In this document: positions 25,879 to 37,900 of the stretch, in pieces
How the letters are laid out: each line of letters starts with the position of its first letter
Numbering within the stretch: position 1 is the stretch's first letter
From: Selaginella moellendorffii
Taxonomy: Eukaryota; Plantae; Lycopodiophyta
Direction: 5' to 3'
DNA: 64,000 bases
Assembly: GCF_000143415.4 (NCBI RefSeq)
Contig: NW_003314289.1
Location: 690,292 to 754,291 of the forward strand
The notes under the pieces: generated by a model
Told to the model about the DNA's origin: nothing
What the model saw: only the letters and a program-made list of their open reading frames with translations
Databases searched by the model: none
Position numbers and translations under genes: made by a program

Positions 25879-26850
25879 TCAATTGGGAATGAGCCCGAGT
25901 ATAAGTTTCGCGCACACTATCAGATCTCTGGCTACCTGGGACAACGAAAAACTTGAGGAGTTCTTCTCTGATTTGGAGCCGAAGTATCTTCGCGTGTTGA
26001 TCGTTGCAAGCGAACTCCTGGCTTCGTCGCTGGTGTGATGTACGACCCAGTCGTGATCGAGGACCTGCTCTGGAGTAAGCCTTTTCCTTGGATCTTGGTG
26101 GAGCATTCCTCTAATCAGATCCTTTACTGAAGGTGAAGCATTGGACCAATACTCCGGGTCGAAATCAATCCTGGCCGCTTCGATCGCGTGTATAGTCGAT
26201 TTGAAGGTGTTGCCATGGAAGGGGAAGTTTCCACTGAGAATTGCGAAGATAACGACGCCAGAGCTCCAGATGTCAATTTCCTTGCTGTATCTCCGCTTGA
26301 AAACTTCGGGGGCCATGTAGCAGAGAGTTCCTATGAGATCCGAAAGATACTCTCCGGGCTGGAAGTGTGCTGCAAGTCCGAAGTCGGCTAGTTTGAAGCA
26401 GTTGTCGCCCAGCAGGATGTTCTTGAGGCTGATATCCCTGTGAATTATTCCATTGGAGTGGCAAAACTTGACGGCCTCCATCAGGTTCTTGCACAATTGA
26501 GCAGCTTCCATCTCACTCAAAAGGCTTCCATTCGAGAACAGGCTACCTCCTCTGCAGAGCTCCATGACAAGGTAAGTCTCCTTTTCATCGCTAAATGCTG
26601 CTTCCAGCTTCACTATGTTTGGATGGCCATACAGCTGCTTGAGAATCCCGACCTCATCTTGGTGCAAGTGTTCTATTTTTGTGATTTTTTTGCAAGCAAG
26701 CTCCTCACCTGTGATCCTGTCTATGCAGACTTGCGCTACACCAGACGCGCCGTGGCCGAGTTCCTCCCCCAGCTTGTATTTCTCACAAAGGGACCCCCTG
26801 GCGGAGTGTATACACGGGACGAGTCCGCAGAAGAAAACGCAGAAGCACAT
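25879..26850 (-). CDS. Intronless CDPK/PEPC-kinase-related Ser/Thr kinase lacking EF-hands
   Basis: GHGASG, LACK, GHPNIV, VMELCRGG, HRDISLKN, DFG, YMAPE, DIWSSGV, SPSVKDLIRGML. TATA-like TTTATATAAG at ~26895. Confidence 0.85.
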   Translation of the reverse strand: MCFCVFFCGLVPCIHSARGSLCEKYKLGEELGHGASGVAQVCIDRITGEELACKKITKIEHLHQDEVGILKQLYGHPNIVKLEAAFSDEKETYLVMELCRGGSLFSNGSLLSEMEAAQLCKNLMEAVKFCHSNGIIHRDISLKNILLGDNCFKLADFGLAAHFQPGEYLSDLIGTLCYMAPEVFKRRYSKEIDIWSSGVVIFAILSGNFPFHGNTFKSTIHAIEAARIDFDPEYWSNASPSVKDLIRGMLHQDPRKRLTPEQVLDHDWVVHHTSDEARSSLATINTRRYFGSKSEKNSSSFSLSQVARDLIVCAKLILGLIPN

Positions 26851-27271
26851 CACTGATAAAGGTGGACTCTGGAGCGTTTTTTTTAGCCGTAGTCTTTATA
26901 TAAGGGGTGCGACATGTGAAGCTCATGGGAGCTGCATGAAAAGGAACAGTTCGCATTGATCCGAGTTATTAGCAGCTACAAGCAACTGACAGCTCTGGTT
27001 TAACAGATGAACACTCAAAAAGAACTGTGGAAGCGAAGCGAGGTAGTACACGCATTAAAACGGAGTGAATTGGTCAAGCAGACGTACAGAAGATTCGAAG
27101 CTTGTTCCTTGTTGGCCTTCTGCGACCTTTTACGACACGGAATCCGGGCCGTGGCTTGTGACGGAATCCTACGGCTGGCCATCCGGGAAAAGTTTCAAAA
27201 GCTCTGGAAGGCGAAGGTGAAGCATCATGTGAATTAAGCACACTTCGCGGCTACGAGTGGCTCTCCCGACA

Positions 27272-28750
27272 TGGCGCGCTGCCAGGAACTCACGAGGCTC
27301 TCCGTAAGTTTCTTGCCAGATCCATTTGTTTGATACGTTCTCGTGTTTTATTTTTTACAGGGGTCTACCTCTGGTGAAGCCACGAGCCATGATCATCTGA
27401 AGTGGCAGGGGACCCGGCATTTTTCGGCTGCCGCAGCTCAACTTGGTACGAAAGATTAAACTTGTTTGTTGATGTGGTTTTCTTCCAGGATCTACCGACG
27501 AGGAGATACAGTACAGTGGCTGGGTTGAGAAAATCAACAACAAGGGGGCTGTCCAACCTCGAGTGATGGTGGTGAGTAACCTGGCGGTCTACAACTTTAA
27601 AAGCAGGCTCACGGTGCAGTGCAAGCGCCGGATTGACATTTGTGCTGTCGTGCACATCGTACGGAGCAAGTATAGCCATCAGTTCATCTTGTGCTGCCCG
27701 CAGGTCTTATAGATTCCTTTTCCATTTTGTCGGTCAAAGTTTTATTGGTGCAGGAGTACGATTACTTATTCTCTAGCATCCAAGTAGAAGAGATATGTGA
27801 CATCATTGTCGCGGTTCATCAAGCTGCGACTGGGAACACGATATCAGTTGAATATAAGGTAGCGTGTCATTGTGTGATTTCTTACTTTCTACCATGGAAG
27901 TTCACAGGTTGAGGTGGATTTGTCGGAGTTTGTTCTCACCAGGCAAGAAGCAAAGAAGATTAGAAAGGTATATAATCATGTAGTAAGTCAGATGGATGCG
28001 AAAAGCAATAATTTGATTCGTTATCTTCTACTAGGAGCATCCCGAGCTGGCGCTGAAGAACAGTGCCGAAGATCCAGTGCAAGTTAAAACAAAAACCGTA
28101 CGTATTCTCGAACTTCCGTTTGATGCTTTCTTATCCTTTTGTTTAGAACAATGTGGCACAGCCTTCCACGATGACGCAGGTGAAGGCAAACGTAAGACGT
28201 GTTTTGCGTGCTTATCATCCATGACTATCTTTGTGTTTTACCACTCTAGGGAATGTCTTGGAGTGTGGAGGACGCGACACCCTCTTCGAAGCTGTTACCG
28301 GAAAACCACGTAAGCAAATGCATGATCATTATATCATTGTATTAATTCGTTTGCCTCGATGTGCCACACAGCCACCGTCAGCGGCACTAAAAGACGTGGT
28401 GGTCCTCGGCCACGATGTTGGCGGTGACAGCACAGACGATCTCAAAGTTTTTAAAGTTATTGACGAGGTGAGAGTCCACTTTCCATTTTGTTAGTCTCGC
28501 TCTAACGAGCTTTTCCACACACAAATTCCTCTCTCTTGTCTTAGCTGTACGTTATGAAGAACAAGAAAACCGGCGAGACCTTTGCGCTCAAGCCAGTGGA
28601 GTCGCAGTCTCAAACTCGTCAGCCGAGGTAAAGTCTATCGCCCACTCTCATACGTGTTCCAAAACATCGCCCAAAACTTTCCAGAGGCTCTCTCGTCTCG
28701 AGGTGTTGCTATCGCCACCGGCTTTGTATAAGCCTCGTGTTGTTTCAGGT
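27272..28750 (+). pseudogene. Myosin-tail TH1/PH-like domain gene followed by a broken-off kinase N-lobe; ends uncertain
   Basis: Spliced exons give DHL...EEIQYSGWVEKINNKGAVQPRVMVVSNLAVYNFK...CKRRIDI...SKYSHQFILCCPQ|EYDYLFSS, later DLKVFKVID|LYVMKNKKTGETFALK. No HRD or DFG follows. Confidence 0.6.
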
Positions 28751-29131
28751 ACCAATTCTCCGCCACTGGTGGCAGTTTTCACATCGTCCTTGCCTTGCAG
28801 ATGGTAATGTTTTGCTCGTTTCTCTTGGCGCTCAAGCACATTGTCAGCTCATGTCAATGGAGGCGATAGAAAAGGAAACCTTGTGGGGGACCAATTTGAC
28901 ATAACGAGCGCCGCGACAATGAAAGAGATTCAAGCGGCAGATAAAAACGAGCTACCACCGGCCTTGCGAAGAAAAGAACGAACAAAGAAAAAGAAGAAAG
29001 TTAAAGCGTACCCAGTGCTAGGAATGACAAAACGGAGATAGTGCAGTGTACGTGCAATGATCCAAGCCGGGCTTCACTGATACAAACGAGTTGATATAAG
29101 ACCAGTGTTTCTGCTATAAAAAACATACCAT

Positions 29132-31611
29132 TTAAAACCTCTCTTGGGTGGCGACCACTGGAATCGCTTGTGCGTGGTCCTTGGACAGGTAAGGACCCCT
29201 GCGAGCTGCCTCATTCAGCTACAAACACGCATAAGACAAACAAAGAGGCTATGAGAGAAAAAGAGAAAGGATCAAACGGAGACGAACCTTTTCCAGTGTA
29301 TCGCCACGTACTGACAGGATGGCTTGTCTCAATCCGGTGGCCAGAGCAGCACAGCAAGCGTGCCTCCATTCCATGCCTGTGGTGTGCATTGAACTTCAGC
29401 TCTTGCCAACGACCCGTGGAGAGAAAAATAATTACCTTGTTTGCTCGATTCGATACGCGAGTCGACGATGAAATCGACCAAACCATCGTTGGAGCTGACT
29501 TCCAGCAGGCACCACGTTCTGGAAGCCAGCGGGACAAGGAGCCTATACACCTGCAATAACATTGTTTGACGTATTCAGTTTTGGAAAGTTGATGGTCTCG
29601 CACTTACAGCTTGACGCAACTCGGCCGTTTGTTTGAGGAGGTGAAGAAGGGAATTCTGAACGAGCACAAAGGAATTAAAGTCGGTTGGAGAAGGCCGGCT
29701 TACCGAAAGCGTCTTCTGCGAAGATACATGGATGGCGTCAAAGATGAGATCGCGCAGAACGTTTTCAGCTTGTTCATTCAGGAGAACATCTTCCCTTTCG
29801 GATCCTGCGATTAATGCCAGAGCATGAATACCAGCCTGCAGGAAAGCACTAGCTTTTGCAACAGAAAAGGAAAATTTAAAAGCCTACCAGCTCTGGTTTA
29901 AAAGCCGAATGGACAACATAAAGCGCTGGTGGCCTCGCACCGCGGAGCAGCAGGACTTGAGCACCATGCGAAACTATTTCACACAATTTAAAAGGACAAA
30001 GAAAACAAGAGAGGGAGAACAGTAGTCAAATCCAAACAACGACAAAAGAAACGACTTACGCACATGATCCAATCTGACCAAGCGCATCTAGTGCAGCGTC
30101 CTTTTCATCCTTGTCCCACCTTTCCGAACTTCTCGCGAAATTTTCCACACGCCCCAGGCAGTTGCCAATCGCATCGATGATTTGCAGTGCATCTACATGC
30201 AAACAAAAACTGCTCAAGTCACAATCATTTCGTGTGCCGTACCAGGCTCTGAAATAGTTTTTATCAATCTAGACGCAACTTGCATCGAGCGGGAACGCAC
30301 CATACTATCCACTTCAGCATTCCTGAATGAGATAAAAAGTATTAGAATCTATTAAAAGAGAGGAAAACATATTAACAAGCTCACTGGATCCAAAAAACGA
30401 GCTGAGAAACGAATGTACCAGCAAGGAGAAGCCTCGCGCCAGCAGGTGTCTCGGCAAGCTACAGATCAAATTACGTTAAGGAAACAACAAGTAAAAACAA
30501 AAGTAAAGGAAAAATACCTCGCTCAGAATTTCGAAAGCGTTCAGTTGAGCCAATGTATCACTAGAATTTTTTAGTTGACCTTCTAAAACGGACAAGATCC
30601 CAGATGTTTGGACTGCCGCTGCCGCTACATCCGATAGTCCGAAGATTCGTGCTGCCAGAGACAACGCTCGGATTTGAACCTGCATGAAAACGAACCCGGT
30701 GATTAATACATAACGACTGGTCAGGACATACCAAAGATGATCCGTGAATTGCGAGCTCCTTGAGGCTGTTCTGGCTCGCACCAAAAATGACCTCCTATAA
30801 TCTCACCAGTCAGCTAGAGAGTTATAACGAGACTACGGACTACGTACAAGTCCAGCGCTTGATTTTGCTAGATTCTCAATAGCATCTGAGGCTTCTTTTG
30901 CCACGCTCGAGTCCCTGCAAGAAAACCAACAAACGTGAGACGTCATTCACACACACATAGTATGCTTGTTTACTCGTCACATATAGTGCTCAGTAACGGG
31001 TCCATGATGCCAGCATCCGCTGCTGTTTGAACAGAACTTGAATCACCATCCTCCAGATACTTCGTTATCTGCCAGGAATCCAAGGAGAGAAAAAAAAAGG
31101 CAGTGAACACGAAACGTGAAAGCATAAGTTCCTACTCACGGAGAAGCATGCAAGACGACGAATCTGTGGAGATGCCGCGTTTAAACCAGCATTGGCATAA
31201 GGCTAACGCAAAAGGAGGTTAGAATCGTAAGCTTTAAGACGAGGAAGGAGCTTACGAGTACTCCGATAAGCATGCTGTGTCCAAACGGCGATTGTAAGAT
31301 CTTCTCGACAGCATTGACAATAGCACTCACTAGCTCTGGAGTTTCTGCAGTAGATAGCACGCTGTCCAACAAGACGAATTCGATCGCAAAAATCCCACAA
31401 CAACCAGAGATCTTACCTGAAGAGAACTGGAAACGGATATTTCGCGAGGAAATCCGACACAGAGCTCTCAGGGAGGGCACCTGGCAAATGCGCGGGTGAA
31501 AGGGAGAAGGGATCGAGACAAGAATGCGATACCTGGATGCGCGGCGAGATCAGAGGCCTCCACCAAGAGGAGATTCGTGTCGACGCTGTCGATCGCCATC
31601 ATCCCCACCAT
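29132..31611 (-). CDS. PSMD5: 26S proteasome assembly chaperone PSMD5/S5b/Hsm3-like ARM-repeat protein, intact ~16-exon copy
   Basis: Exons join in frame: MVGMMAIDSVDTNLLL..HPG|ALPESSVSDFLAKYPFPVLF|...VQIRALSLAARIF...SDTLAQLNAFEILSE|...DAALDALGQIG...|VYRLLVPLASRTWCL...|GMEWRHACC...|LNEAARRGPYLSK...QERF*. Matches plant homologs from recall. Confidence 0.88.
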
Positions 31612-32570
31612 CGCGCGAGAACAGAGAAACAGAGCGCAAAACCCTAGATCCGTAAGATATAACTAGGGTTTGTAGCTATGGCGGGAAAATAATTAAAGTC
31701 GACTTTTTATAGGAAGTAACAGAAGGATTTTCTTCGATTATAGATAGGTCTTAAGAAATTTTCATTAAAACCAGGTGTGTCAAACTGGAGCTTGAGCTCA
31801 GTGAATCAAACGAGTCCTTGAAAATCTCTAGCAACAATCTGAAAAAAGAACTGGTCGAGCTTTTCTCTCCTTCCTTTTATTTTTGTTTTGTTCTTCTAAT
31901 CCTCTTATCTATTTCTCAGGGCTTACGAAAACATTTGATTGAATGCAATGTCTGTGGTAATCTGCCATTCGTGACACTGATCGGCTAAATGCAATTGTGT
32001 CATAAAGAAGATAACTCCTTCCAAAGAACACCTAAGAAAAAACGCTGTTTTTTTTTTGTGTGTGAAGAAATAAAACTCCTTGTCAACCCCTTCTTGTAAC
32101 TCTTCCAGAGCTGCGCTTGAATTTATCCTTTGAGGTGCCTGCTGCGGCTCTCAACGGGATCGAGCAACACTCCCACTATCTACATGTTTCATGAGAACAC
32201 AGACTTACACAACTTGTATGAGCAACCTAGTCATCAAGGATAATTTCTTTTCATTTCCAACACTAAGCTAATACGAGGGCGGAGGCTCCACAGTGACGAG
32301 CGCCATGGAAATCTAATGCTCTCCAAGGCTGATCTTTTACATAGCATGGAAAGTTTTCCTTCTTTATCCTCTCTTCAAGTCTTCCATATTGCGATTTCGT
32401 GACAGAAGCTTCTACACCAGTGTTAGCTAGAGCTGAATATATTAACGTAAACAAAATTTTCTTAAAATTCCACATACAAATTCATGATTCCACAAACTCT
32501 AAAAACATGTGGCATAAACTTTAAAAAAGAAAGAAACCCAATTACCCTTATCTCACCATAATTTAGTCTT

Positions 32571-34768
32571 TCAGATACAAAGACACGTTTTTGCTCCACA
32601 TAATGGCTGTATGTCAACTTTTTTACATAATGGCTGTATGTCCTCAACTTTTTGCCGTTTCTGTGGCCTTGGAAACACGTTAGCCTGCCCTTCAACGCCC
32701 TTGAGATACTTCTCAAGTGTATAGCAGTTGGCGCCATGGATGTGACTTTTACCGCACATCCTTGTCACAAGTTTTGTGGCAACGCGTGGTTTCACCACAT
32801 TTGCAACCTCAAAATATATTGCAGGAACAGCCTTTCCGTCCAGTGCGCCAGCAACCATAAGACCCATAGCCACCTGCCTTTGAGACTCTAGACCGACTGT
32901 CACGGTACTACCTTGGCCCTTGGCGTTAAACTGCTGCTTATCAGGATGGTCAGATGATGCCCTTCGTGGGTCCTCATGACTTGAAATAGCTGTTGCTGTT
33001 GTTGTATCAAATACTCTTGGCTGACTCCAAAAGTAATGGAAAAGAGCTCGGAAGATGGCAGGTTCCTCAAGTCTGATCCAAGTGTCTCTATCCTGCTTTG
33101 CAGAGAATTTATCCAAGTCCTCCAGTGCAACACTATTTCCACTGCTTAGCCAGGCTAACCCAAACTTCACAAGGCTAAGAGATAGATTGTTGACGTTGAG
33201 TAGAGTGGACATAGACCCAAACATCTGATGATACAGTATCACCTCTAGCTCCTTGAGTGCTGCAACATTTTGAGGCCTTTGGAAAAACAGCACGTCCCCC
33301 ATCCATGTAGAGTTCTGGTTTTGATTTACCATGCTGAGAACGACTGATTGTACTTGAGGTGCACATCTTCTCAAAAAAGTCTATCAGAAATTCTGTTGCC
33401 TGCTCTAAGGGACGCTTGCTCCCAATGAAATGCTCAAGCGCTGTGACAAAGAACTTGTACCTCCCCTTGTACAAATCACAAACCCTCTGCATATCAATGC
33501 CATCCACACTTTGGAGTAGTTTGCCAGCATAGGTCTTGAAGTCCTCGACAGTGATGAACCCACCAAATCCATGAAAGACGATAATAGAAGCTCTCCCTAG
33601 GGTGCGGGAGATATCCTGTGGCCTAATCAGCATAGCTTCGGTGCTTGCATAGTAGAATTTTCTAAATCCACTATGTATGAGAGCAGGAATGAGAATATCA
33701 AGGAATGATTTCGTGCAAAATCCAAGACTTGGCGAAGAAAACCGCTTCTCTAACCAAGTGTTTATAATTTGGCACTCATCAAAGATGATCGGACCATCCC
33801 AGCTCCCTCTTAAACGATCCAATACCCCCTGGAAATTACCTTCAACGAGTTTCAAGTCCCTTTCAGTCCGTATAAGGTCCAAAAGTCTACTGGGGAGCAA
33901 CATAAACGGATCTTTATGCTCGAATAAAGGCATTGCAACCTGTTTAAACAGCCACGCTTGACCTGTACTGTCCATTTTCTCCAGATGACGTAGCAAATAA
34001 AACCTGCTAATGAGCATAGCTTTGAGACAGATTGCAGCACTAACTTCTGGAATGCCTCCAGTTGGATATAGCTTCAGCAACTTTGATACCGCTAACTTGA
34101 GATCTCCTGAACCTTCAGCTCCAACACACCCCACAAAGAAGGGCCCACGCTGTGCTACAGCGATCTCATATAATGTCCTGGTCTTCCCCGATCCCGACAC
34201 ATTGAAGAGAACAGTGAGGGTCGGCCGCGCTTTGGAAGTTACATCCATGATATGCTTGGATGCTTCAAAAGGCTGGTCTAGTGCATGCCACAAGAGGCGG
34301 GGGTATTCATCTGTAGGAGCCTTTGACAGTGGGACTTTACAAACCAGGAAATCCACCAGAAACCCATCCGGCTTGAGATATTCAAGATTTGGCTTGGGTA
34401 ACTCATCCCAAAACTTATCCAAGAGACTATCTACATGAGCCACAGTCCCATCTGCTTTGCCTGGTTCTGCAAGAAAAAACAACGCCAAGTCAAAATTTGC
34501 AAGAGACCAAGAGATCTAAAAAGGAAAGACAAACAATGAAAGCCAAAGGCTTACCCTTCGACTTCAGTAAGAGACCGCGGAGCTGCTCCTGCTTGTTGCG
34601 CAGCTGCTCCTCCTTCTTGACCAGGCGCTTCTCCTTCTTGGGATCATTTGGTTGCTCGAGTTGCCCCTCGACCGCAGTAATTTGGACCTCAACCGCACTA
34701 ATTTGGCCCTCAACCACAGAGCCAGAAACCGGATCATCCACCTCCATGGGCTCAGCTGAAGACGCCAT
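32571..34768 (-). pseudogene. CR-effector-like gene copy 2: header in frame with NTPase (exons 34768-34555, 34466-), frameshift ~33298, nuclease core deleted
   Basis: Paralog of 12717-15313 with FNVSGSGKTR, GSGD and PIIFDE. GQANVFP joins directly to RPQKRQK, skipping the RPD...QMK segment. Confidence 0.8.
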
Positions 34769-34930
34769 AAGCCAAACCCTACACTTTTCTTTCAAAAGAA
34801 TTTGATGGGTTAACTCTCTTTAACACAACTTTAAAACAGTTTCAAAATATTTAGGACTTAATCTGGTCCATTTAACTTTGTATATAAACAAGGGTTTAAA
34901 CCCCAATTAATATACTTATTTCTATATCCC

Positions 34931-37900
34931 TATTATGAATTTGACTCTAGGTATCAAAAGTTATTTATTTTACTGCCACAACGATAGGAAATCAGTATTG
35001 TTGGATCTTTTATCAGTCTCCATTCAAGCTAATTGAAAAATTGATGAATAGCTATATACTTAAATCGGATAAACATAAAGTAGTAACTCATCTATTGAGT
35101 ATATTCGGCTTGGTTTATTAAACTCCTATATTGGCTTGCACTTGCTAGTGTTAAAATATTGAGCTTAGTTCCTCAATATTCACCAAATAATAGTTTACTG
35201 TATTTGTTAAACACCTTTGTTATTATGCATCTTGTGTTAATTCAATTTAGTCACAATTGCTATTTATAGAAAGTGTCTAGATTTGCTAATTTGGCATATC
35301 TATAGTAGTTTTTGGGATTAATTTGAAACTTACTAAATATGGAATGGTGTTAAATTATGAATTTAGGCATATCATTATGTTTAGGATAGTCTCTACATTA
35401 CTCCTAATACTAAGGATGCTTGAGAGTGAAAGCCCAAAGCATGCATTCCTTAAGGGGGTTTCTAAATGTATAGTAGGGATAGTGGGTAGGTCAAGCATGG
35501 TTGACCAACTTAAGGTATAGTATAGCTTTTACTTGCATACCTGTTTTTGTTTTACATTTGGCTTGGTCTAAGCCCAAATTCCATACCATGCTAGTTGGTG
35601 GAATACCTATATCTTTGTGTTAGGCCACCGATATGCTGAAATAATGCTAAATTCCATTTACCTCTGTTTTGTGTGTTAGTTCTAGCATTGGGATGTTAGC
35701 TGCTCTATAACTGTTTCAAATCACTCCATGCTCCTGTCCCTTTGCTCCTTAGATTGTATACTCAAAAGTTGCTCTGTGCTCTGATTCTAGTTCCATACTT
35801 AGGAGTTTGGCTCCGTTTCTTCATTTAGTGGCATAAGGCTTTGAAATTCGAGTTCCACTCCACTGTCTTTGGACATATGGCATATAGCATGTAGCATGTG
35901 ACATGTGGCATATAGAGGGTTTAGGTTTTGCTTTGTGGTTATCCTATAGTAAATCACCATAGGATAAAGGGTAAAAACCGCGTGCGCTACATTTAGTATT
36001 AAAAGATACATTTCAGCAAGTATTATCTAATGAGATTGTGCAATTAGTCTCGTTGTATAATGAAAACAATAATCCAAGTTGGTACACGTTTGGGTGCTAT
36101 GACTTTGCATTCGTTCCTTGAGTATAGATTTTGATTACCTTTTTATGCTATATTATGAGAGCTTGTTCTTAGGCTGGATTTATTGTTGTACTCTCTTATA
36201 AACTTTTCTTGGATTGGACCGAAAGCAATGCAAACATAAGCTTGAGGTTGAAAAGAAAGTCCTTAGGAACGAAGGATCAAACACATAAATCATCTTCTCT
36301 TCTTGGAGAAATGATTTGCAACAAGGTGTTAACTTATTGCTCGTGTTCACATTATGCAATTAAGAATCTATATCTTAATACATGTTAGCTATGATGGTTT
36401 TACAAATGGTGAGTTATGGGATAGATAACAGTGAACTGTTAAACCATTTTATCTAAGCTTGCTATTAAAGACTTGGGTTACAATGCTCAATTTTTATTTA
36501 GGGAACTTTGCTATTGCTCCTTGAGTAGCTTGGTGTTGGATTAATTTTGAGTTTGGTAGGAAAGAGAGTGGCATGAGCTTATCTGTATTGTGAACAAAAG
36601 TTAGTGTTTGGTGTTGTAAATTTCTATCAGTGGGGTGTGGCATTTATGTTGCATTTTATAAAATAAAGTTGGTATTTGATACTTACATAAACTTTTGAAG
36701 TAATAATGTGAGTTTTCTTGTGGTGTTGCTCAATTAATAATCAAGTCATTGTGATTTTTATATTATGTCCATATGATTATGAGTAATGTGTTTATGAAGT
36801 TGTTTGGGTAAACAATGATCAACCCCAAAATGGTTAATAGTGAAACTAGTCTACTTGCAAGTAATAACATTGTAATAGCTTTAACTAGATTTTCAATAGT
36901 AATCCATTATATTAAATTTAAGTTGGTACCTTATTTCCTTGAGGGTTTGCCCATTGAAGTGTTGAAAAAGTCATAGCATTCATTTGTTATGACTTGTTGG
37001 TTTATTTGTTAACACTTGAAATAGATTGTTGAATGAAAAAAGGATGTAATTGAGGCATTAATACTAAATATAAACTCTTGAATTTTGACTTCTCAAGAGG
37101 TTACCCAACCCACTAACTACTCAAACCCAAGAATGATTAACCCCAACTATCCTAAAACCCTTAACCAATTGAAAAAAGGTTCCCTCTATATTTAAACCTC
37201 ATAAATCGTCTCTCAAATCATTCTCTTTAGTTGCTTACATTAGGGTTAAAGCAATGGAGTTGGGTAAAGTCTAGAGTTGATATAAAAAAGTGGCTATTAC
37301 ACTTTTTTAGAAAGATGACTCTTGTGCCTTTCTTTTATAACATTATACTAGATAGTAGGTTGTACTTTGTATTTTGTTATACTTTATAAGAGTAGTGAGC
37401 TCTCATTGATCTTGAATTAGTCTTAGTGGCATTGCACTTTGGTTAAGGATGGTGATGTCCAACTTAGTTATTTGAGGTTAATGTGTTAGAACCTATATTA
37501 TAGCTTTGTCTATGAGGAAGTTGTGCACCAATATGAATTCATTTCATGGTTTTCACTTTAACTTTGACTAAGTGTTGATCATGCATAGCTAACATCTTCA
37601 AAACATGCTCAAAACTATTAGCTAAACACATCGGTGAGTTTATTGTGGTTGAGTTGCATTTGAGTGGTCATTTAATATGTGATTGTCTATGTTCCTATAT
37701 CTAGTACCTTGAGTGTACCTTTCTGTTGGACAAATATATAAGTTAATGACATGATTTTAGTGTTTAAGTCTTATGAAAAGCAATTTGAAAAATGATTGTT
37801 TGTTGCTTCGCAACTAGTGATTGCTTATAAATTTTGTCGAGGACTATTAACACTTTCTTTTTCTTGATAAAGATTTATTAGTGATGGACTTGCTTTACCA

